64,000 nucleotides of DNA, from NCBI RefSeq assembly GCF_004010195.1, contig NC_057711.1:73841399-73905398 (forward strand), read 5' to 3'. Position numbers and translations under genes: made by a program. Each line of letters starts with the position of its first letter. Position 1 is the stretch's first letter. The DNA is from Chiloscyllium plagiosum (taxonomy: Eukaryota). The notes beneath the pieces are model-generated. The model ran no database searches. It was not told the DNA's origin and worked only from the letters and a program-made list of their open reading frames with translations. Positions 38,782-50,369 of this stretch are shown here, piece by piece.

Positions 38782-40532
38782 CCTTGTTCTGCGAACAAGG
38801 ACTTGGAGGTCCTGCTGGACTTGATGGTGCAATGGAGAGTTATCTTCTTCCCACAGGACTAGCAGAAGAAGCCACAACATCAGGTGTACCCTAGAACTCT
38901 GTGGAAAGCTAGTGAAGTGATTGCTGGGCCTCTTGCTGAGATATTTGTGTCATCAATAGTCACAGGTGAGGTGCCAGAAGACTGGAGGTTGGCTAATGTG
39001 GTGCCACTGTTTGAGAAAGGTGGTAAGGACAAGTCAGGAAATTATAAACCAGTGAGCCTGACATCGGTGGTGGGCAAGTTGTTGGACGGAATCCTGAGGG
39101 ACAGGATGTACATGTATTTGGAAACACAAGGACTGATTAGGGATAGTCAACATGGCTTTGTGCATGGGAAATCATGTCTCACAAACCTGACTGAGTTTTT
39201 TGAAGAAGTAACAAAGAGGATTGATGAGGGCACAGCGGTGGATGTGATCTATATGGACTTCAGTAAGGCATTCAACACGGTTCCCCACTGGAGACCGGTT
39301 AACAAGGTTAGATCTCCTGGAATACAAGGGGGACTAGCCATTTGGATGCAGAACTGGCTCGAAGGTAGAAGACAGAGGGTGGTGGTAGAGGATCATTTTT
39401 CAGACTGGAGGCCTGTGACCAGTGGAGTGCCACAAGGATCGGTGCTGGGTTCACTACTTTTCATCATTGATATAAATGATTTGGATGTAAGCATCAGAGG
39501 TATAGTTAATAAGTTTGCAGGTGACACCACAATTGGAGGTGTAGAGGACAGTGAAGAAGGTTACCTTAGATTACAATGGGATCTTGACCAGATGGGCCAA
39601 TGAGCTGAGAAGTGGCAGATAGAGTTTAATTTAGATAAATGCGAGGTGCTGAATTTTGGGAAGGCAAATCTTAGTAGGATTTATACACTTAAATTACTGG
39701 GGAGTGTCCCTGAACAAAGAAACCTTGGACTGCAGATTCATAGCTCCTTGAAAGTGGAGTCGCAGGTAGATAGGATAGTGAAGAATGCATTTGGTATGCT
39801 TTCCTTTATTGGTCAGAGTACTGAGTACAGGAGTTGGGAGGTCATGTTGTGGCTGTACAGGACATTGGTTATGTCACTGTTGGAACATTGTGTGCAATTC
39901 TGGTCTCCTTCCTGTCGGAAAGATGTTGTGAAACTTGAAAGGATTCAGAAAAGATTTACAAGGATGTTGCCAGAGTTGGAGGATTTGAGCTATAGGGAGA
40001 GGTTGAATAGGTTAGATCTGTTTTCTCTGGAGTGATGGAGACTGAGGGGTGACCTTATAGGGATTTATAAAATCATGAGGGGCATGGATAGGATAAATAG
40101 ACAAAGTCTTTTCCCTGGGGTGGGGAGTCCAGAAACAGAAGGTTTAGGGTGAGAGGGGAAAGATATAAAAGAGACCTAAGGGGCAATGCTTTCACACAGA
40201 GGGTGGTACGTATATGGAATGAGCTGCCAGAGGAAGTGATGGAGGCTAGTACAATTGCAACATTTAAAAAGTATTTGGATGGCTATATGAACAGGAAGGG
40301 TTTGGATGGATATGGGCCAGGTACTGGCAAGTGGGACTAGATTGGGTTGGGATATCTGGTTGGCATGGACGAAGGGTCTGATTCCGTGCTGTACATCTCA
40401 ATGACTCTAAGACTCTATCAGATCGCACCAATCTGGTCTGAGGTTGTCACCCATGTCAGTATTATATCAGCCATTTGGAGGAATACACAGGACTGGAGGA
40501 AGAAAGTCAATGACCCTCTACATTCACTCAGG
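38782..40532 (+). pseudogene. Fossil Myb/SANT-like (Harbinger-type DNA-binding) gene split by a CR1 insertion; coding parts 38782-38883 and 40422-40532
   Basis: Joining across the ATCAG duplication gives PCSANKDLEVLLDLMVQWRVIFFPQD*QKKPQHQ|IAPIWSEVVTHVSIISAIWRNTQDWRKKVNDPLHSLR in a single frame. Confidence 0.7.
38884..40416 (+). mobile_element. 5'-truncated CR1 LINE, well-preserved RT and 3' end
   Basis: ORF 38884-39603 has VPEDWRLANVVPLF, QHGFVHGKSCLTNL, YMDFSKAF, GVPQGSVLG, KFAGDT; tail atgactctaagactct; ATCAG at 38879-38883 and 40417-40421. Confidence 0.95.
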
Positions 40533-43500
40533 ATATATGATCTCTACTAGCAGATGGAAAAAGCATGATGCTATGTCCACCCCTTTGATGCATGAGTGCT
40601 GACAATCAAGACAAGCTTCCTTGCTTTGCCTTTGTGGTAAAGGGCAAGTCACGATATAAGTGCTGTTTGCCTGTTAGTTCTAACTGAGAGGACAAGATTC
40701 TAAAAGGCAAATCTACGCAGGGATGCTGTGAGCAGCTGGGTAAATGGTAAATGTGTGAGAAATAAGAAAGCAAGTGAGCAGCCCTGAGATACAGCTTGGT
40801 CTAATTCATGAGCTGGATACCTACCTGTAGGTGCAATGTCCTTACAATAGCATTGCAAGTGCAGCATGAAAGAGCAGAAGCATACAGGAAGTGCATCGGA
40901 GATGTGCTATGATGGTGCAGAGAGGCTGGCATATGTGGGATGCCAGTGCACATGGATATGGAATGCAAATATCCACAGCCCATTAAGTGTGCTCTGAGAT
41001 GTTAGTGCCTGGACTCCAAGGTGGAGACCCAGTGAAGCAAGCAGTGAGCTGGAGTGGCCAGGAATCTGACATACTTTCATGTGGAGATATCTTGGTGCCT
41101 AGTTTCTATCAGGAGGTAGTAGAGTAGGAAAGTGGATTTAATGAAGTAAGAATGAGGCTAATAATGATTGATAATCCTTGTCAGTAGGTCTTTGCATTCA
41201 CTAACGAGTACTTCATTTTGATTTCAGTTGAAAAATGCAACTAATTGCTCCCAACATTGAGACAGACTTCATTCGGGTTTTCAGGCAAATCTCCCAAATA
41301 ATTCATTGGAGCTGACATCATTCAGAAGTTAGAATGGGAACCAAGGTATATCAACGAGCAGAGGATCAATAATTCATTGTCACGTGCTGACAATAAGGAC
41401 GTGGGCATCAAGAGTTTGGATGACCACAAGGTTATGTAGAGTGGTAGATAGGCGACCAGCTGGGACAGCAGTAGATTAGTGAAGTCTAGAGGTAAAGACA
41501 AACATGGATGAGACTTGAGCAACAGAAGAGCTGAGATTCAGTTGATATTCTGAAGGTGGAAGTAAATGTTCATCATGATGAGTTGAAGATGCAGTCAGCA
41601 AAACAAATTGAGGCCTATTACAACATCAATGCTATGACCAATGTTTGTAGGTTGTTACCTAGCAGAGGGATGTAGCCAATGGCTATGGAACAGAATTTGT
41701 GACAGGTTAAGAAAACAAGGCTTCCATCTTCCCAATATTAAATTGGAGCAAATTTTTGTTCCTGCATTACTGAATTTGGTACATGCAAGCCAACAAATTG
41801 GAGTCTGTGAAGCAGTTCAGAGAGATGGTGTTGACATAGTGAAAGTATCATTAGGAAGCACATTTGGAAGCTGAATTTGTGCTTTCAGAGAGTATCATCC
41901 TGGGGTGGGTATGTGTATGAGAAATGGGAAGCAGCAAAGAATCCAACTCCAGTAGAAGCAAGAAGAGAAATCATTGAAGGTGATTCTCCAACAGTGAATG
42001 GATAGTTAAGAATGGAACCAGGCAAAGACACTTCTACTTAACCGGGAGAAAGGGCGCCGAAGGAGGATGACGTTGTCAAAGATGGTGCTCAGCTTGTGAG
42101 GATCTTAGGGGAGGGTCATTCCCCATGGTCACATGTGACTTGTGATTTGACTATGAGGATTATGAGCAAAGAACCTGATGAGATAGATTCAAACATGGAG
42201 TTCTAGGAAAATTGCTTATGCATTTGGATGGGACAGCATTTTCAAGTACTTTGAGAGATAAAGGATATTAGACATGGAATAGTGATTTGCAAAGACAGTG
42301 TAGCCCTGAAAGGTTTTTTTTAAGGATGAGTGATGATAGGGAGGGAAGAAATCAGGTTACTTACAGATGGAGGACAAGATTTAGACTAATTTAAAATGCT
42401 TATTTTTGGAATAAACCCATTTTTACTATATCAATAAAGCTGAAAATGTCACTACTCTTCAATAGATCGATGAATATGCTTAATGCAAAGTGAAAGCAAC
42501 AAAATAACTATTTATCATTATGCTGACCTATTTCTATGGTTCATAAAAAAAATAATGTTTGCGATTATCTAAAACAATTTATGGAGAAAATTAAGCTAGA
42601 ACTTCAATTTTAAGTGAAGCACATTTTTGTCGTGGTTCCTAGGATGTGGGCAGTGTTGGTAGGCCAGCACTTGTTGCCTATCCTTAGCTGCCCTTCAGAA
42701 GGTGGTGGAGATCTGTGTTCTTGAGCTTCTGCAGTCCATGTGCAGTTGGTAGATACACAATGCTGTTAGGGAGGGGGATCCCAGGATTTGGACTCAGCAA
42801 CAGTGAAGGGTTAGCACTCTAGTTACAAATTAGGATGGTGTGAGTGTGTGTTGGAGGAGAACTTGTGAGTGTTGGTGTTCCCAGCCATCTACTTTGCTTG
42901 GTTGATAGGTGTCATAGGATTGATTAGTAGGTCCTGGCAAAGGAGCCTTGGTGAGCTATGCACTCAATTTGCCAATTATTCCCAAATATATGGTTACTGT
43001 ATTCAATAAATGGATAAAGATTGCTTGAGTCATGTCGTTGAGGACCTTTACTTATAATAAATGAATAAGTCTTCCCTTCTATCAGTCCGCCCTAGTATGC
43101 ACCCAGCACTCTGAAATCAAGCACAAATATTCTAATCCATTGTCCTCAGTTAGATTTATTCCATTCAACCAAAAGTTGAAGACATCATGACTTGAATTTT
43201 TCATTCATAATCAATTATATAAAATTGCCATCTCAATTGCTTTAAAATTTTAGCTAATGGAAACAATTGTGTACGATGTGTGAAATCTAAATTGAAACAG
43301 ATTAATGTTGCAAACTATTCACAAATCTGTGAGGCAGTACATTTTGTATCATGTGTGAAATATGATGATGAGCTCCAATTTCTCGAATTGGCTGTGGAAT
43401 CTGTCTACAAAATGGGTATCAGTAAATACAGTATTGCCTGAGAGCGTGTCCATGGATCAACTGAGACTGCTTCCTTTCCTAAGGATTAGTGATATAGAAT

Positions 43501-44020
43501 TATGGAATCATTGTTTGGTTACAGCACACAAGGAAGCCATTCAGCCTGTCGTGCCTGTGGTGGCTGTCAAAAGCTGTCAATCATTTCCCAGCTGTCTCCT
43601 TGTAGGCCTAAACACCCCTCCTTCTCTAATAATAATCCTCATTTGAATCTGCAATGCATTCCAGATCCTAATCACTCAAGGTACACAAATATTTTTCCTT
43701 ATGCTTCTTTTGCTTTTCTCTTAAACCTGTGTGCACTGGTTCTCATTTCTTCTATCACTGGGAATGACTTCTCCCCAACCACTCTTATCTAGATCGCTGT
43801 TATTTTTGAGTATCTCTGTCAATTCTCCTCTAAACTTCTTTTCTTGAAGGAAAACAGTCCCAACTTCTCCATTCTTTCTGAATTTCTGAAGTTCCTGATC
43901 TCTGAAACCACTCTTGCAAATCTTTTCTGCATCTGCTTTAATGCCAAAACATCCTTCATCAAGTGTGGTGCCCAGTATTGGACTGTAGCTTTAAGCAGGT
44001 GTGGTTATGTTTTCTATATA

Positions 44021-44394
44021 CACTAGCGCCTTGACTTACGAACTTAATCCGTTCCGGGACCCGGTTCGCGAACCGAAATGTTTGCGAACTGAATCAATTT
44101 TTCCCATTGTTCGGATAACGTAAGAATGCTTGGACGTAGCGATGAACGCTGTTCACAGTGCACGCGCCAAAGACGAACTGAATGAGATCACGCAGGGCCC
44201 GAGAGCTTTTGTGTTCAACAAGTGCATAGCAGAGCAGAACAATGAAGCCACGGGTCGCACACGGGCTTTTTGCGTTCCTACCTTCGTTGGTACCTTGAAT
44301 TTCGTACATATGTTGAAGCAAAATTTTACATACAATCCTGTTCGTAAACCGATTTGTTCATGAACGGGGTCGTTCGTATGTCGAGGCGCTACTG
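44021..44394. mobile_element. Non-autonomous Tc1/mariner-superfamily (Tigger/pogo-like) MITE
   Basis: Terminal inverted repeats cactagcgccttgacttacgaac / gttcgtatgtcgaggcgctactg (20/23 match), TA on both sides, CpG-rich, no transposase. Confidence 0.88.
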
Positions 44395-44589
44395 TATATT
44401 ACAAAAGAGGCAATGTATCATGAGATTTAGACAATTTTGTTCATAGGAAGCAACCAATTCTGACAAATGCTATAACTATGTAGTGATGTTAACACTGCTA
44501 CCTACTTCTCAAATCTTTAATAACCTAATCTATGTATTTTTGTTTAAGAAATCCTGGATGCATTGTTTGTGCTTTAATGCTTGTCTACT

Positions 44590-45348
44590 AAATAAGCACA
44601 TACAGAAGGAAAAAAACAGCACCCAGAACTGGATGAAATATTTCAGATAATGTGGAACCAATATTCTATACAGGTTTAACGTAACAATCTTACTTCTACA
44701 TTCTATATATCGATTATTAATCCAGGATGCCAGGTACTTTATTAAACACTCTCTCAACCTGTCCTGGTATTTTCTCTGATTTATGCAGATATAAAACCAT
44801 GCCCCTCTTTTCCTGCATTCCCTTAGAACTGTATACTCTATTTCATGGTGTCTCTCTGTCCTCATCCAACCAAAATGAATCACATAACATGCACTTTTCT
44901 GCATTAAATTTCATGTATCACTTATTTACTCATTCCTGTAACTTGTCTATGTCCTTATGAAGTTATACTATCCTCCTTATGGTATTCAAACATTGCAAGT
45001 TTCATATTATTCACAGATGGTGCCAAATATATCAAAGTTTAAGTCATTATATTTGTTCAGAATAACAATACCAAATCTGATGGAACTCCAGTCAATGTAG
45101 AAACATTAATCCAGTATAAAAGTAATCATTTGTCACTACACCTTCTTTCCTGTCACTCAGTGTCAAAGCATTGCTTTTACTTCATGAGCCCTAACTTTGC
45201 TCACGGGTCTGTGGAGCAGCCCTTAGTTAACTGCGTTTTGGGAGTTCGTATAGACCACATCAATGATAATACAATCATCAAACATCTGTTACCTCATCAA
45301 AAACATTTCAGTAAGTTAGTTAAACATGATTTGCCCTTAATAAAACCA
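44590..45348 (-). mobile_element. Old CR1-like LINE fragments
   Basis: YIECRSKIVTLNLYRILVPHYLKYFIQFW-like peptide (44530-44904) and the aaacatgatttgcccttaataaaacca motif. Confidence 0.65.
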
Positions 45349-45670
45349 GGGGAAGTGGCAGAACAGTGATGATGTATTTGGACTGGTACTCCATAACCCG
45401 AGGCCAAAGTTCTGGAGTCATGGGTTAAAATCCCACCATAGCAGGTGGTTAGATTTGAGTTCAATAAAATCTGGAATAGAGAACTGGTCTAATTGCAACC
45501 TTTTAGCCACTGCTGATTATCATACAAATGCTTCTGGTTTACTAACATTCTTTGGAGAAAGAAATCTGCCATCCTGACCTACATGTGACCCCAGACCACA
45601 GCAATGTAGTTGATTCTCTGAGCGATAAGGCCATAAATGTTGGCCTAATTAGAACAAATGAAAAAAAAAA
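45349..45670 (+). mobile_element. Second tRNA-type SINE family with LINE-like tail
   Basis: B-box-like GGGTTAAAATCCC (~45422), tail gcgataaggccataaatgttggcc similar to the LINE tail at ~5580-5615, and an A-run at 45661-45670. Confidence 0.6.
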
Positions 45671-46942
45671 TTCTATTCTGACTTTTCTAAATTACATTTG
45701 TCAAAATGATTCCTAATTTTTTGAAAATTATTATTTCTAAGAGCTTCTTCCCTGCCAAGTTTAAACTGGCCTATCATTACTGCACTCACACCTATATTTT
45801 CAAAAATAAATTGCACCACCTGTGAATTTAAGAAACAACTGGAAAATTATGACCACTGCCTTTCCAGTTTCACTTCCTTCAGTATCCTTGAGGGCTTCTC
45901 ATACAGCGCTGACGCATTATTAAGTAATCGAATATGTCCTCCTTATCAATTTTAAATCATTCAAGTGCCTGAAATAGCTCTTCTTATATCATAACCTGAA
46001 CAGCATGTTCTTCATTGGTAAAAGCAGATGCAAAATATTTAATACTTCAGCCAAGCACCCTGTCACAATATATCAATCCCCATTTTGGTCACTATTTGAC
46101 ACCACCCTTCCAATTATTACTCTTTTACTACTTGTACCACTGTAGAATTTTAGATTCCCTTTTATGATGACTGCCACGCTCCTCATGAACTCTCCATTTT
46201 CTTCTGTTATTTGTCTTTTAATTTTGCTTTGTACCTACAATATTCAGCCTGGTTCTCAATTGTATTATTCATCTGACATTTCATAAGCACATATATCTTT
46301 TGTCAACCAACTCTGGATTTGCTACCTTATTTTTGTCCTATATAGGAATATATCTTGTTTTTTTTTGTTCATTGGACATAGGTATCTCTGAGTAGGCAGC
46401 ATTCATTGCATATTCCTACCTGTCTTGGAGAAGGTGGTGATGAGCTGCCTTCTTGAACCACTGAGATCCTTGGTGTAGGAACACTCCAATGCAGTTAGGA
46501 ATGAAGCTCCAGGATTTTGACCCATTACACTGAAATAGTAATGATATATTTCCAAGTCGAGATGGTGTTTGCCCTGAAGGTAAACTTTCTGATAGTTGTA
46601 TTTTCATGCATCTGCTGCCCTTGTCTTTCTAGGAGATAGAGGTTGTGGGTTTGAAAGATGTTGATATAGGAACCTTGGTGAGTTACAGAAAAACATCTTG
46701 TACATAGTGCACACTACAGACAACTGTTCCTTGGTGCTGAAGCAAGTGAATGTTGAAAGAGCGGGTGGGGAGTTAATCAAGTGGCATACTTTGTCCTGGA
46801 TGATGTTGATTGTCTTGGGGTATTGTTGGAATTACACCCATCCATCACTGCACTTGAATAATTTATGCTTTAAAGATGGCTCATTGTTCAGTTACAGTTC
46901 GTCTGTAAATCTTTGATTCTGACTTAAGCTCCAGTCTTATTT

Positions 46943-47033
46943 CACAACCACCTGATGAAAGATCGGCGCTCCCAAAGCTAGTGCTCCCAAATAAACCTGT
47001 TGGACTATAACCTGGTGTTGGGTGATTTTTAAC
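46943..47033 (+). mobile_element. Short repeat carrying a decayed hammerhead core (second Penelope-type terminus family)
   Basis: CAC-CUGAUGA (46952-46958), decayed stem II, CAAAGCUA-GUG, followed by AATAAA. Confidence 0.6.
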
Positions 47034-47179
47034 CTAAATTATTAAAGGTGGCTTTCTCCAGTAAAACTTTCTTACTCTTGACTGTTTCTTGTTATTTTCT
47101 AATGCTACCTTAAAACTTACAGTACAATGAGCACTGCCCTCCAAGTGCTCCTCCACTGACATTTCATCCATTTGTCAAA

Positions 47180-47408
47180 AGTGTGGTGCTGGAAAAGCAC
47201 AGCAGGTCAGGCAGTATCCGAGGAGCAGGAGAATTGATGTTTTGGGCAAGATCCCTTCATCAGAAACAAGCCTCATTCCCATGTAGGGTTCTTGCCCGAA
47301 ATGTTGATTCTCCTGCTCCTCGGATGCTGCCTAATCTGCTGCGCTTTTCCAGCACCACACTCTCAACTCTGATCTCCAGCACCTGCAGTCCTCACTTTCT
47401 CCTAGTTG
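47180..47408. mobile_element. Penelope-derived fold-back mini-element with 14-bp TSD (older copy)
   Basis: ATTTCATCCATTTG at 47161-47174 and 47409-47422; arms ~47180-47262 and ~47280-47361; long arm on the right; both hammerhead cores mutated. Confidence 0.9.
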
Positions 47409-50369
47409 ATTTCATCCATTTGGTCCACCCCATCCCCCAAGACTAGATTTAGCAATGCCTCCTTTTCTCATTAGGCTTGAAATATACCATTGTTGAAAAT
47501 TTTCCTGAACATATTCTACATCCTCGTTCCGATGATCTCCTCTACACTACGACTATTTGCGTCTATATTGGATATTTATATCTCAACTTCATTATACTTC
47601 TCCTTCTCTGAAATTCCTTTGCAAATTTGTTGTTCGACATCTTTCCTGCTGGTTAGTGGTCTTTTGATTGCACCACGTAATGTATGGCAATTTTTTGTTC
47701 TTTAGATCTGGTGAAATAGATTCTGTCCTTGATCTCTGCTGGACATTCTATCTCACCAGCAGTGCAATGTTCTTCTTCACCAGTATTGCCTTCCCTCCTC
47801 TTTTTCTAACTTCCCTCAACATCTTATTTCCATTTAAATACCTAGGGATATTTAAATTCAGTCTTGTCCTCCTTTGCGCCCTAACTCTATTATCAAAATG
47901 TTACATTTTCACAAGGCTACCTACATCTTCAATTCACCAATCTTAATTACCACACTGTATACATTTACATGCTATAACTGTAATTTGGGCTTTACTACTT
48001 CTCCTTTTACAATGAAACCAAATAATATTGCTATTATTATTTTCTATTGTCTGTACTATATGACCTTGATATCTGTCCCGAGAATAATTGTTCCTAGTTT
48101 TCACATCCCTGCCAAATTAAGTTAAATCTTTTCTAATTGCACAAGCAAATCACCTTTCAAGAAAGTTTTCTTGGATCTGTTTACTTGTTGCATTTGGCAG
48201 CTTTAGGACTCACCTCACCTTGAACTGATTGTCTGGAAAGTAATAGACTGTTGTGATAAGTGAGGTGAAAGGGAAGTTGAGTCTCACATTAGCAGTAGGG
48301 AAGCTATTGGAGGAAGTTCTGAAGGAGAGAATTAATCGTCATTTAGAGAGGCAAGGTTTGTTGAGGGTAGGGGAGACCTGATAGAGGTGGGTAAGATTAT
48401 AAAGAACATGGGCAGGGTGGATGGAAAGCAGCTGTGCTCTTAGTTGAAGGGTCAATATAAGAAGCATTATTCTCAAGTGAAAGGCAGAATATTTGGAAGG
48501 GATTTGAGGAAAAGAAAATTCACCCAGAAGCTGGTAGGACTCTGGATTGCTCTGTCTGTTGAAAATAGATGATATTCCATCCACAGTCTCAGGACAAAGA
48601 GCTGGCTATATAGGACCAAACAGGGGAAAATAGTTTTCACTCAGATGGTAGAATCTTTGGAATGCTCAAGTTGAGGTGGGAAACCTCACAAGTTTTAAAA
48701 AGTACTTATGAGCCTCATACTGGAAGGTCAGATTAATCTCGATTTAGTCTAGTTTTGGCAGTACTGACTTAATGGGCTGAAGATCCTCTTCTGTGCTGCA
48801 TGATGCTATAAAAGGATTACTGTCACAATTGTAAGATCACTCTCACCTTCCCTTATCATTTATTTCCAATGCTAAACATAATATTAACTTTACATCAAAA
48901 GTTGCATGTTAATATTCAAAGAAAAATTCCAAAACAATGTAACACAATGGCAAAGTTTACTGTTTTAACCTGATTACCATTTCTAAAGTGCACTTTACAT
49001 CAAAGTTCAAGTAATTTTTGGCACAAAATTATAAATTATTCCGCAAAATGGATTTGCTTTGAAAACCGTCACTTTCAAGAGGTCGCTGTTCTCTGATTCA
49101 GTTGCTATTTAGTCTCACTCAGTTTCTTCGATGAGGTCAATTTTATTTCTGCATCTCAAATTTTACCCAGAAACCACGTTGAAAACAATGATTTCCTGCT
49201 TTGTAATCATAATCTCTTGCATTTTCTTAGAAAATTGTTTCATAAAGTCCTTATGAATGTGGCTAAATTCCCTTTTACAATATGTCTGCATTCAATGTTT
49301 TCACTGACTTCTGTACATTACACATCATATAACAATGGAAGGAATGAAATATGAGCTGGAGTATGAAATATGTGCTGATCTCTTGAATCTGTACTGCCAT
49401 ACAAAAAGATTGTGGCCAATCTTCAACTTCAACTCCATTTTTTTTCGTCAGGCTCCATATCCCTGGATCTTTTAAAACCAAAATATCTATCTATTCCAAA
49501 CTTGAACATGACAAGATTCAACAATCTGAGTGAAGAGTATTCTCCTCTGCTCGGTCCTGTATAGCCAACTCTGTGGCCTGAGACTATGGATGGGATTTCA
49601 TCCATTTTCAAATAGATATCTTCGGTACAATTTCAACCATGTTTGCCAAGCATGCAAACTTATGGAATACAGCCTGCTAATTGGCTGCCTCAATGTTCAC
49701 CACTGAATTGAAGATAGTTATTGGGTTCCTGAGCTACAAAGCCAAGTAGGCTGGGTGCTGCCAATACAGGGTAGGAAGTTCTGAAGAGGTTTCAACTTTT
49801 GGTACATTTATTTTCATTATAATTGCCAGTCCATCCATGTAGAGGGGAAACTTTTTCACAGGCTGCTCTTTTGGCAGCATAGTGATTCACCAGAAGAAAA
49901 ATCCAATAAAAATGGCAAATGTGACGTACACCTCCGACTCATCGTTTGTAGTTCAAAACCGGTACCATCAATGTGCATATTTCCAATTATTACTGATTAT
50001 TAGCTGTGTTTTCCCCTCTGGGCCCAGAATTCCTGCAACTGTAGTGAAAGTGTAGCTGCAGGGGGCCTCACAAACTTGTGGTTAGTTGTCAGCAAGCTAT
50101 CTCCAGACACCTGCTGAACTTTGGCCTCAGTGGGATAGCTGTCCAGGGTTGCTGCACATGTACTAGTTTTGTAAACCTCATTAGCATGATTTGGAGAAGC
50201 TGCTGAAACTGCACAAGCAGCTCAAGTGGTCAAAAGTTAGGGCTTGAGACAGCAAACATTTTTGGGTGTGGTTAATGAAAAGTCCTCGGTCACAATAGTA
50301 GCAATGGTGAGGAATGGGCTCACTTGAAGTATTACACAGGTAGGGGGATTCTGGGAAATCCAAGATGGA

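Noticed and set aside
38884..39603. 239-aa ORF as a functional gene
   Set aside because: 5'-truncated CR1 RT with the catalytic motif altered (FAGD) and a stop followed by frame disruptions.
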